Below, in pieces: positions 8,029 to 16,406 of a stretch of DNA of 49,300 nt; position 1 is the first letter of the stretch, and each line of letters opens with the position of its first letter. Position numbers and translations under genes: made by a program. The stretch is taken from NCBI GenBank assembly GCA_030642205.1, contig DAOWOF010000001.1:1-49300 (forward strand). Reading direction: 5' to 3'. Source of the DNA: Desulfobacteraceae bacterium. Its GTDB lineage: Bacteria; Desulfobacterota; DSM-4660; Desulfatiglandales; Desulfatiglandaceae. Under the pieces are notes generated by a model. That model was not told where the DNA came from, ran no database searches, and saw only the letters and a list, made by a program, of their open reading frames with translations.

Positions 8029-10386
8029 TTATGTTTTTTTACATAATTTCTTCTTTATTGGATTGAATGCTATTTTCAGGACTTCATCCATTTGCTTGAC
8101 AAAGTAAAAATTTAGCTGCTTTTTAATTTTATCAGGGATGTCATCAAGATCTCTTCTGTTGTCATGGGGAAGTATTATGTGTTTAATGCCATAACGATTT
8201 GCTGCAAGTACTTTTTCCTTGACACCTCCAACAGGCAGTACTGCACCCCTTAGTGTAACTTCACCGGTCATTGATAGTTGAGGTTTAATTGATCTTGAGG
8301 TTAACAAAGAAGTCAAGGCAGTCAGAATAGTAATTCCGGCTGAAGGACCATCTTTTGGAATGGCGCCTGCCGGAACATGAATATGCAGGTCATGATTTTG
8401 ATAAAAGTCATCAGAGATATTGAGGTGTTTCGCATTGGATCTTATATAACTAAGGGCAGTTTGAGCTGATTCCTTCATGATCTCTCCCAATTGGCCAGTT
8501 AGAACCAGCGATTTCTGTCCAGGCATCATTGTAGCTTCCACAAACAGGATATCTCCACCAGATGCTGTCCAGGCCATCCCAATGGCTACTCCCGGGATAG
8601 ATGTACGTGTTTGTAAATCAGAAGTAAATTTGGGATTCCCCAGGAATTCATGGATGTTTTTATCTGTTATAATAAATTTATCTTTTGCTCCTTCAGCTAC
8701 CCTTCGTGCCAGCCCCCTACAAACAGAACCGATTTCCCGCTCCATGTTTCTGAGGCCTGCCTCACGAGTATAACCCCGTATTATTTTTCTAATGGCTGAT
8801 TTTCGAAATAAGACTTTTTTTATGGCTAACCCATGTTCTATTATCTGTCTTTTGATGAGAAACCGGGTTGCAATATTTATCTTTTCATCTTCAGTGTAAC
8901 CCACCAATTCCAGAACTTCCATCCTGTCAAGTAATGGAGAAGGAATAGGATCCAGTTGATTGGCAGTAGTAATAAACATAACTTTACTGAGATCAAATTC
9001 CAGTTCTAAATAATGGTCTGCAAAAGAAAAATTTTGTTCAGGGTCAAGGACTTCAAGAAGAGCGGATGCTGGGTCTCCCCTGAAGTCTGTTCCAAGTTTA
9101 TCTATCTCATCCAACATAAATACAGGATTATTTGAGCCAGCCTTTTTTAGCCCCTGGATGATCCTGCCAGGTAGTGCCCCAACATAAGTCCTGCGATGGC
9201 CACGAATTTCAGCTTCATCCCTGACTCCTCCCAGAGAGATCCTGATAAATTTTCTGCCTAGTGCTTCCGCAATGGAACGTCCCAAACTGGTTTTGCCTGT
9301 TCCTGGAGGACCAGTGAAACATAAAATAGGGCCTTTATGGGCAGGATTGAGTTTGCGAACCGAAAGGTATTCAAGTATTCTTTGTTTGATTTTTTCTAAA
9401 TTATAATGGTGTTGATGAAGTATCTTCTCCGCCTGTTTTATATCCAACATATCATCTGTACTATCTAGCCATGGTAAGTCAAAAAACCAATCAAGATATG
9501 TCCTTGATACGGTATATTCAGGAGAAATAGGCTGCATTTTAGATAACCTCTTGAGCTCTTTGTTCACGACTTTTCTAGCGTCCTTGGGAAGATCTTTTTC
9601 GTCAAATTTCTCCTGTAATTCTTCGATTTCGCTTATCTCACTTTGATCCATGCCTAGTTTTTCTTTGATAGTTTTTAGCTGTTCTTTAAGATAATATTCC
9701 CTCTTTGATTGATCCAAACCCATTTCTACTTCTTCCTGGAGTTCTTTTCCCATTGATTTGAACTGAATTTCCTCATTAAGAAATAAATTCAGCTTTTCTA
9801 ATCTTTTTTTGACGTCCAGGGTTTCGAGCATCTCCTGCTTCTTCTTTCTATCTAGCTTGAGGGTGGATGTAATCATATCCGCCAAAGGACCTGGTTGATC
9901 GATATGCAAAGAAATTTTAACTAGTTCATTGGCTAGATGAGGGGATAAGTTTACTATTTGTTTAAATAAAATCCATATATCAGTCATTTGGGAATCGATT
10001 TCTTTTCCCGAATGTTCAATGTTTTTAAGTTCTGTAATCCTGGCCTGTTTGTAAGGATGCTCTGAGATAATTTCATCTATATTCGCCCTGGATAGTCCTT
10101 GAACAGCAAGAACCCTTCCTTCTTTTTCCGAGGTGAATTTTATTATTTTGCAGATTGTAGCTATTTTGTACGTCTTGATGAGATCTTTATCCTTCTTCTT
10201 TTTATCTTTTACCATAGCCACAATGATTAATTTATCACCTTTAAGGGCATCATCAATCAGATTTATGTTGTCATCGTCTTTAATCATTAAAGGCACTATG
10301 ATCATGGGAAAGATAGCTGTATCACGCACCGGAAGCACAGGCATGATTTCAGGGTAATTAAGTTCTGGTTTATCAGTTTTTTCCAT
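8029..10386 (-). CDS. lon: ATP-dependent Lon protease (LonA), paralogue 1
   Basis: 785 aa. Has a Lon N-domain (LPVLPVRDTAIFP), Walker A GPPGTGKTS and the protease Ser motif [13 protein letters not shown] lies upstream of the ATG. Confidence 0.93.
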   Translation of the reverse strand: MEKTDKPELNYPEIMPVLPVRDTAIFPMIIVPLMIKDDDNINLIDDALKGDKLIIVAMVKDKKKKDKDLIKTYKIATICKIIKFTSEKEGRVLAVQGLSRANIDEIISEHPYKQARITELKNIEHSGKEIDSQMTDIWILFKQIVNLSPHLANELVKISLHIDQPGPLADMITSTLKLDRKKKQEMLETLDVKKRLEKLNLFLNEEIQFKSMGKELQEEVEMGLDQSKREYYLKEQLKTIKEKLGMDQSEISEIEELQEKFDEKDLPKDARKVVNKELKRLSKMQPISPEYTVSRTYLDWFFDLPWLDSTDDMLDIKQAEKILHQHHYNLEKIKQRILEYLSVRKLNPAHKGPILCFTGPPGTGKTSLGRSIAEALGRKFIRISLGGVRDEAEIRGHRRTYVGALPGRIIQGLKKAGSNNPVFMLDEIDKLGTDFRGDPASALLEVLDPEQNFSFADHYLELEFDLSKVMFITTANQLDPIPSPLLDRMEVLELVGYTEDEKINIATRFLIKRQIIEHGLAIKKVLFRKSAIRKIIRGYTREAGLRNMEREIGSVCRGLARRVAEGAKDKFIITDKNIHEFLGNPKFTSDLQTRTSIPGVAIGMAWTASGGDILFVEATMMPGQKSLVLTGQLGEIMKESAQTALSYIRSNAKHLNISDDFYQNHDLHIHVPAGAIPKDGPSAGITILTALTSLLTSRSIKPQLSMTGEVTLRGAVLPVGGVKEKVLAANRYGIKHIILPHDNRRDLDDIPDKIKKQLNFYFVKQMDEVLKIAFNPIKKKLCKKT

Positions 10387-10796
10387 ATATTATCTCCTCG
10401 GTTTTATGAGGTTGTAGAAAGCAAAATAATGCCTTTTTGCAAAATTTTATATGTTAATCGATCTATAAGCTTTGCGAAATCTCTCCTTTTATCCAATTTC
10501 GCCTTTCTTGAGCCTAAACGGAATTGATTTTTTTCAAAGGTTTCGATCTGCCGCAGGTTTATTTATAATTTATCCCGTTTGACAAAAGACATCAAGAATG
10601 GATGCGTATTTTATAATAATCATTCATTGAGTATAGTAAAGGGATTAATAATATTGATAATCCAAAAAGACAGACAAAAATTGATGGATTTGTGCAAAGT
10701 TAATCAACAGGCAGGGGAAGAATAGGCTCTGGTCTGAAGTAGAACCGTTTGTATGCACTAAAAAAAATGGTACAGAAAGGGTAGCACACTTCCACG

Positions 10797-10829
10797 CCTG
10801 GTAAAAAGGCGCATTAACTTTTTACCAGG
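10797..10829. other. Strong hairpin: 12-bp perfect stem CCTGGTAAAAAG/CTTTTTACCAGG with a 9-nt loop
   Basis: Read directly from the sequence. It lies 76 nt downstream of the enoyl-CoA hydratase stop. There is no U-tract on either strand, so it is not a canonical intrinsic terminator. Confidence 0.4.
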
Positions 10830-10904
10830 TTATAAAACATTGAAGTAGAAATTGGAAGAAAAGGAGACTTTTCTTATTGGATCCTAAAATTTGGCATGGC
10901 CCTT

Positions 10905-11693
10905 TTATTTTCCCTGAAAATTTGGCCTCCTTTTTTCAAGAAAAGCAGCAACACCCTCTTTATAATCTTTACTGGTGCTGCAACGGGAAGCCAACATGGA
11001 TAGTTTATCAAGATCACGATCCACAGGTGGCTTCAATAGTTCATTAATAGAAACTTTATGGGCAGATAGACTCAATGGGGCATTTTTTGCCATATCAGAG
11101 GCCCATTTATAGGTAAATTCTTCTAGTTCGGATTTGGCTATAATTCGGTTGATAAGTCCCATATGATAAGCTTTGTCAGCATCAAAATCTTTATTACCGG
11201 TTAGAAGAATTTCGGAGGCATTGCCAGGCCCGACAAGTTGCACCAATCTTTCGACACCCCTGGAGGTATAAGCAATACCCAGTTTTGCAGCTGGTATTCC
11301 GAATTTTGCATCATCAGCGGCTAATCGTAAATCGCTCATAAGGGCGATGGCACATCCTCCTCCCATGCAAAAACCATGGATCATGGAGATTACCGGTTTT
11401 TCCAGCGCCAAAATGCTTGCCAGGGCATTTTTTATGGCTTCATCATAATTGATGGTAGAAGATCCAAATCTGACTTTTTCAAATTGAGAAATGTCTGCCC
11501 CAGCAATAAAGGCTTCTTCTCCTGCTCCGCGTATAATAAGCGCTCTGATAGAGAGATCTTCTTTTATCTCCTCTATCAAGATGGGTATTTCTCTCCACAT
11601 CTCAAGACTGATGGCATTGCGCATTTCCGGGCGATTAAAAATTAACCAGGCCAGAGGTGGTTCTTTGTGAATATAGATGGATTTGTTTATCAT
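10905..11693 (-). CDS. Enoyl-CoA hydratase/isomerase (crotonase) family protein
   Basis: 262 aa. Crotonase-like pattern (ALIIRGAGEEAFIAGADI..., MIHGFCMGGGCAIALMSDLRLA). Confidence 0.85.
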   Translation of the reverse strand: MINKSIYIHKEPPLAWLIFNRPEMRNAISLEMWREIPILIEEIKEDLSIRALIIRGAGEEAFIAGADISQFEKVRFGSSTINYDEAIKNALASILALEKPVISMIHGFCMGGGCAIALMSDLRLAADDAKFGIPAAKLGIAYTSRGVERLVQLVGPGNASEILLTGNKDFDADKAYHMGLINRIIAKSELEEFTYKWASDMAKNAPLSLSAHKVSINELLKPPVDRDLDKLSMLASRCSTSKDYKEGVAAFLEKRRPNFQGK

Positions 11694-11714
11694 GCTTCTT
11701 CTCGTTTGCTAAGT

Positions 11715-11788
11715 GTCTGTAACGAAATAAGAATCTCATTTCTAACCTGAATCTGAGCGCTAAATGCAATACTGATTTCGTTACAGAC
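11715..11788. other. 14-bp perfect inverted repeat GTCTGTAACGAAAT / ATTTCGTTACAGAC with a 46-nt spacer
   Basis: Arms at 11715-11728 and 11775-11788. It lies in the 138-nt gap between the ttcA-like stop and the hydratase start. Confidence 0.5.
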
Positions 11789-11831
11789 CTTAGTAGTTTT
11801 TATGGCAAAGGGCCTGTTTAAAGATAGTGTT

Positions 11832-12551
11832 TTATAATAGATAGTCAGTGTTTACATTTTTGAGGGCATGAAAAATATTTCCCTTTATCTTTTTATTTGA
11901 GCGATAGAATATTTTTAACATTGTTTTTATTTCTTCCCTTTTAGTCGATACGGAGCTTGGGCAACCCAAATCTATTATTGGCAATTCCATATAATCAGCA
12001 TATCTTTGAACCACATTTTCATCCAATAAGTAGAGAGGCCTGATAATCGAAAGGGTTCCATTGAATAATTGCTGAACAGGTAGCATGGTACTAATTGATG
12101 CCCCATAAAAAATGTTCAGAAAAAGGGTTTCTATTAAATCATCCTTGTTATGCCCAAAGGCAATCTTGTTACATCTAAAGTCAGAAGCCAGTTGGAAGAG
12201 CAGTTTTCTCCTGAGTCGAGAACATAAAAAGCAGGGATTTTCCTTGTTCTCTGGACCATGGGCCTTTAGCCCGATATCAGTCCTTAAAACTTTATATTTA
12301 AAGCCGTGATGAATAAAAAAAGATTCCATTTGGGAGCCTGAATTAAATCCAAATCCCGGATCAATATGTACTGCGGTTATCTGGTATTCAATAGGGATAC
12401 GCCTGATTCGTTCCCTTAGAAGCCATAGTAGAACCATGCTATCTTTGCCTCCTGATACAGCAACAAGAACATGGTCCCCATCCTTTATCATTTGGTGCTG
12501 GTGAATGGCCTTTCCAGCAAGCCTTTTTAATTCTTTTGCAACAAAACTCAT
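11832..12551 (-). CDS. PP-loop ATPase, TtcA-like tRNA thiolation family
   Basis: Has the SGGKDS PP-loop and a CFLCSRLRRK motif as in TtcA. The second CxxC is not obvious, so the exact subfamily is uncertain. Confidence 0.75.
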   Translation of the reverse strand: MSFVAKELKRLAGKAIHQHQMIKDGDHVLVAVSGGKDSMVLLWLLRERIRRIPIEYQITAVHIDPGFGFNSGSQMESFFIHHGFKYKVLRTDIGLKAHGPENKENPCFLCSRLRRKLLFQLASDFRCNKIAFGHNKDDLIETLFLNIFYGASISTMLPVQQLFNGTLSIIRPLYLLDENVVQRYADYMELPIIDLGCPSSVSTKREEIKTMLKIFYRSNKKIKGNIFHALKNVNTDYLL

Positions 12552-12559
12552 GGTTTCAG

Positions 12560-13231
12560 CTAAACTCCAGTTTTTATTTGCGCTCGTGGCCCAAAAAGTT
12601 TAGTTCCGAGTCTGATGATATTTGCCCCTTCTTCAATTGCTACCTGGTATGATGAGGACATCCCCATTGAAAGATATCTCATTTCAAATGCTTTATTGTC
12701 CTTTCTCTTCAACTCTTCAAATAACCTGCAAACCCTTGAAAAATATGGGCGACAGTCTTCCTGATTGCTGGTTGCGGGACCCATTGTCATTAAACCCATA
12801 ATTTTGATGTTTTTTAATTGAGAGATCTTTTCTACAAGAGAGATCGTATTTATGGGTAAAACTCCAGGTTTCTGCCCCTCTTCAGCGCTGTTTATCTCTA
12901 TCAGGATTGGCATTGATTTGGCATGTTTTAAGCTTGCCTTATCAATAGCTTTGGCCAGCTTAAATGAATCTACTGTCTCAATCATATCGAACAGTGCAAC
13001 CGCCTTTTTTGCCTTATTACTTTGGAGGTGTCCAATCATATGCCATTTAGCACGGTCGCCTATAGCTTGAAAGGCAAGCTCAGCCTCTTTAACATAGTTA
13101 TGACCAATAATATGGAGCCCTCCTTCCAAGGCCTCCAGCATTTCAGAAGATGATCTGGTCTTGGCTGCCCCCACAAGTTCTACTGTCTTTGGGATGTCTT
13201 TCAGGATTCTGGCTACATTTTCTTTGATCAT
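12560..13231 (-). CDS. yggS: YggS-family pyridoxal-phosphate homeostasis protein
   Basis: 223 aa. VELVGAAKT carries the PLP-lysine context, with HMIGHLQSNK and LSMGMSSSYQVAIEEGANIIRLGT. This is the typical YggS/PROSC pattern. Confidence 0.85.
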   Translation of the reverse strand: MIKENVARILKDIPKTVELVGAAKTRSSSEMLEALEGGLHIIGHNYVKEAELAFQAIGDRAKWHMIGHLQSNKAKKAVALFDMIETVDSFKLAKAIDKASLKHAKSMPILIEINSAEEGQKPGVLPINTISLVEKISQLKNIKIMGLMTMGPATSNQEDCRPYFSRVCRLFEELKRKDNKAFEMRYLSMGMSSSYQVAIEEGANIIRLGTKLFGPRAQIKTGV

Positions 13232-13262
13232 AACAGCACTCCTCTGATAATATAAAATATAA

Positions 13263-13273
13263 ATGCATAAAAG
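13263..13273. promoter_or_regulatory. ATGCATAAAAG motif, copy 1 (candidate operator)
   Basis: Lies 45-55 nt upstream of the ATG at 13318. The same 10-mer occurs twice upstream of the selenoprotein gene. Confidence 0.35.
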
Positions 13274-13317
13274 TTAAAAGGGCTTCTGCCTGGACCAATT
13301 TTTTAAAGGACGATACC

Positions 13318-13704
13318 ATGAAAAATAAATGCTGATGTTATCAAGATTATTAAACAACATTCTTCAGAAGCTGAGATAACATGTGCACTACTTTTTAAGA
13401 TTGCAAATAATTATCATATACAACTTGAAGAACTAAGTTTTGCAATAGATCAGCTTGAGATCTCCCTTATTAAATGTCAATTGGGACTCTTTGGCTATAA
13501 ACCACAAAAAAACAAATTAAACCGGCAGAATATGTTCCTGAAGGTCTTGAAAGGGCTATTCGGGACTCTTTAATTGGGGGCAAGTTGCATTGCAAGATCG
13601 CATGGAAGATTGCGAAACAACTCAATATTGGCAAAATGGATATTTCATCTGCATGCGAATCTCTTAAGATTAAAATTTCAGGCTGTCAGTTAGGCGCTTT
13701 TTAA
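13318..13704 (+). pseudogene. Frame-disrupted gene for a small protein with two tandem ~37-aa Cys...CQLGxF domains
   Basis: ATG at 13318 with AGGA upstream. Coding sense continues in a second frame from 13331 (ADVIKIIKQHSSEAEITCALLFKIANNYHIQLEELSFAIDQLEISLIKCQLGLFGYKPQK). It continues in a third frame from 13513 (QIKPAEYVPEGLERAIRDSLIGGKLHCKIAWKIAKQLNIGKMDISSACESLKIKISGCQLGAF, stop at 13702-13704). Both switches fall at A-rich runs. Confidence 0.55.
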
Positions 13705-13742
13705 TAAACTTCTGTCTAAAAAATACTTATTTATGCAAAAAA

Positions 13743-13791
13743 GCCTTATCCTCAGTGAAAGCAATAGAACTCCAGGGTTGAGGATAAAGGC
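13743..13791. terminator. Bidirectional hairpin between convergent genes (GCCTTATCCTCA ... TGAGGATAAAGGC)
   Basis: ~12-bp stem with one bulged A and a 24-nt loop, flanked by A/T runs. It sits between the ends of the 13318-13704 (+) and 13806-14120 (-) genes. Confidence 0.5.
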
Positions 13792-13805
13792 TTATCAAAA
13801 GATAC

Positions 13806-14120
13806 TCAGCAAGAGCTACAAGAGCCACCGCAGGAAGGCGCCGCTGACATGCTGGACACAATATTAAAACCAGAGCCCATGGGGCTGTTAATAAAATCGA
13901 TCTTTATTGGTTTTACACGGTTAAAAAGATCTTTTTCAACTAGATAGGTGATATCTCTGTCTTCAAATTTCATATCATTATCTTTAAGCTCATCCAGAGC
14001 CATACCCAAAGAGGGCCCTGATCAGCCTCCTGGCGTAAGCATTATCCTGACTGAGGCATTTCCCTTGTCTTTAAGGATATCCCCCAGCATTTCATTTGCT
14101 TTTTCTGTTACTTCAAACAT
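13806..14120 (-). CDS. HesB/IscA-like selenoprotein (in-frame UGA = Sec at codon 33)
   Basis: ATG at 14120, preceded by GGAGG with 5-nt spacing. Reads MFEVTEKANEMLGDILKDKGNASVRIMLTPGG-U-SGPSLGMALDE..., with TGA at 14022-14024 in the GG(C/U)SG position of HesB/IscA proteins. The tail is Cys-rich (CGGSCSSC). The ORF track only reports the part after the TGA, from TTG 14009. Confidence 0.75.
13995..14020 (-). promoter_or_regulatory. Candidate bacterial SECIS hairpin
   Basis: Starts 1 nt after the UGA, separated by a single U. The CAGGGCC (14020-14014) / GGCUCUG (14001-13995) stem is 7 bp including one G-U. The 12-nt loop CUCUUUGGGUAU contains GGGU. Confidence 0.5.
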
Positions 14121-14146
14121 GTCAACCTCCTAATTATTTTAATATG

Positions 14147-14169
14147 ATGCATAAAATAATGCATAAAAG
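14147..14169. promoter_or_regulatory. Two tandem ATGCATAAAA motifs (candidate operator), 12 nt centre to centre
   Basis: Copies at 14147-14156 and 14159-14168, 27-49 nt upstream of the selenoprotein ATG. The core ATGCAT is palindromic. Confidence 0.35.
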
Positions 14170-14253
14170 CGTGTTTGTCAAATATTGAGACCTAATAAAC
14201 ATAATACAGTCTAGGAATACCATTGGTTTTAAAATATATAGTTTTATTTTAAA

Positions 14254-14898
14254 TTAAGATACTTCAGATAATCTCTGTTTAAGCCAGATTAGAACTTTAT
14301 TAAATTCATACCCCAGTTCAGCCATTGCTTTTCCTCTGTGACTTACTCGATTTTTTTCTTCTAAGCTCATCTCCGCAAATGTTTTTTCCAAAGGGGGATA
14401 ATAAAAGAGAGGGTCATATCCAAAGCCTTCCTGACCTGTTAACTCTCTGGTAATGATTCCTTCACATTGGCCTTCGTAGATTAACGCTGGCCCCATGGGA
14501 ACTGCGATTGCAATCACGCACATGAAAGTGGCTTTACGATTTTCCATGCCTTCCATGGTCTTTAATAGTTTAAGATTATTTTCAAAATCAGTGGCCTTGT
14601 CTCCTGCATAACGGGCAGAATAAACGCCTGGTTTACCATCTATTGCATCGACCATTAATCCGGAATCATCGGCCAGGGCTGGAATACCTAAGACTCTTGC
14701 TGTAAAGCGTGCTTTTTTTACTGCATTATCCTCAAAAGTTTCACCGTCTTCCTCAACTGTGGGGATAGGCCCAAAATCTTGCAGCCCCTTTATATCTACC
14801 TGAAAATCAGCAACCATATGTTTGAATTCGGTAAGTTTACCCTCATTTCCGGTAGCTAAAACCAGTGATTCATCATATTTTATTATCTCGTTGTTCAA
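14254..14898 (-). CDS. rdgB: RdgB/HAM1 non-canonical purine NTP pyrophosphatase
   Basis: Contains LVLATGNEGKLTEF, a central DDSGL and GFGYDPLF motifs. The TTG start overlaps the pgi stop (TTGA). Confidence 0.88.
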   Translation of the reverse strand: MNNEIIKYDESLVLATGNEGKLTEFKHMVADFQVDIKGLQDFGPIPTVEEDGETFEDNAVKKARFTARVLGIPALADDSGLMVDAIDGKPGVYSARYAGDKATDFENNLKLLKTMEGMENRKATFMCVIAIAVPMGPALIYEGQCEGIITRELTGQEGFGYDPLFYYPPLEKTFAEMSLEEKNRVSHRGKAMAELGYEFNKVLIWLKQRLSEVS

Positions 14899-16406
14899 AT
14901 TCTGATCCTTTCTAATTTATCGAGTTTTGCTTTAATATCCAGAGCCTGTTTTTCGAAACCGGGCTTGTTGATTAAGGCAAACATGGCCTGTTTATAAGCT
15001 TCTACACCAGGTTGTATAAATGGATTATGTCCCAGAAGATATCCACTAATGGCTACTGATCTTTCCATCAGATAGTAAAACTGGCCCAGATTAAAGGCAT
15101 TTCTTCTGGGGATTTCGACCGTCATATTAGGAACTCCACCCTGGTAATGCGCATAGGCTGGACCTTCAATTACCTTGCGATTGACAAAGCCCATGTCCTG
15201 ATCTTGTTTGGGAAGGAAATTCAGTCCATCAAGATTTTGTTCCGAAAAAGGAATCTTAATAGAATTATCGTGGTCTAATAGCAGGAGAAAAGTCTCTATA
15301 ATGTTTCTTTCACCTTGCTGAACCATTTGTCCGTTTGCGTGCAGTTTTTCAGAGTAGAGGGAAGGGGATAGCCAAAGCCCATGGCCATGATGCCCTTCAC
15401 TTTCAGGAAATAGCTGTTCCATCCATCTGGCCACTGGATAAAGAGCCATGGCATTAGTTGCTATGACCTCAATCTTTTTTCCTGTCTGCCAGGCGGCAAA
15501 ACGAATGGCTGCATGCACCAGTGATGGATTTTGCCAAAAATCATTTCCCAATGATATCTCTCTCATATGTCTGAAGCCAGCCGCAAACTCTTCAATATCT
15601 ATATTAGCCATGGCCAGGCCGACCAATCCCACATCTGTCAGGACTGAAAACCTGCCTCCAATATTATCCGGGATTTCAAAGGATTGGTAGCCTTTTTTAT
15701 TTACAAGTTCCCTCAATGCGCCCTTGACCTTATCTGTAGTTGCCAGGATCAACTTGTCCGCAGATACCCCCCAGTTTTTTTCCATTAGATCCTGGATTAT
15801 ACGGAATGCAATAGCTGTTTCAGTGGTAGTTCCTGATTTGGAAATAACATTGATTCCTACCTTTTTCCCTGCCAGCATATCCAGAGTATCACGAAAAAAA
15901 TCAGGGTCCATATTTTGTCCCAGGAAATAGATCTCTGGGGCACCCCCCCTCTCTTTTCTGCTCAATTGATTAAAAAACTGATGAGAAAGAGCCTGAAAAG
16001 TTGCTTCAATACCAAGATATGATCCTCCAATACCCAATGAAACAAAGACATCTATTTCTTGTGAAAGCTTCTTTGCGGTGAATTTAATTTCTAAAAGATG
16101 TTGCCTGACTATTTTTATAGGAAGATTATGCCAACCGGTCATTGGGGTAGGCCCATCATGGATGTCCCCTTCATTATCTATCAGCATCTGATGGGCCTGC
16201 ATGATTTGTGGCACAAGATCCTCAATCGTTTTTTTTCTGATTGGTTCTTTTCCAGGTGTATCAAAGATATAAGTCGGATCTAAGGTTATTTTATTTGCAG
16301 CCTTGAATTCTTTTGATTCAAAAGGGCTTTGTTCTCCTTGTCCTCTCTGAATCTGCTTTGTTACTGTTTGATTTGCTCCGATGTCGATTAGCTTTAATCC
16401 TTGCAT
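14895..16406 (-). CDS. pgi: Glucose-6-phosphate isomerase
   Basis: 503 aa. Has SIS-domain motifs (GIGGSYLG, ISKSGTTTET) and GGRFSVL. Confidence 0.88.
   Translation of the reverse strand: MQGLKLIDIGANQTVTKQIQRGQGEQSPFESKEFKAANKITLDPTYIFDTPGKEPIRKKTIEDLVPQIMQAHQMLIDNEGDIHDGPTPMTGWHNLPIKIVRQHLLEIKFTAKKLSQEIDVFVSLGIGGSYLGIEATFQALSHQFFNQLSRKERGGAPEIYFLGQNMDPDFFRDTLDMLAGKKVGINVISKSGTTTETAIAFRIIQDLMEKNWGVSADKLILATTDKVKGALRELVNKKGYQSFEIPDNIGGRFSVLTDVGLVGLAMANIDIEEFAAGFRHMREISLGNDFWQNPSLVHAAIRFAAWQTGKKIEVIATNAMALYPVARWMEQLFPESEGHHGHGLWLSPSLYSEKLHANGQMVQQGERNIIETFLLLLDHDNSIKIPFSEQNLDGLNFLPKQDQDMGFVNRKVIEGPAYAHYQGGVPNMTVEIPRRNAFNLGQFYYLMERSVAISGYLLGHNPFIQPGVEAYKQAMFALINKPGFEKQALDIKAKLDKLERIRI

Noticed and set aside
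13330-13335. TGC-TGA at the start of the frame-disrupted gene read as a Cys-Sec pair
   Set aside because: Read-through would give only an 11-aa peptide ending at a TAA. The coding signal clearly continues in another frame.
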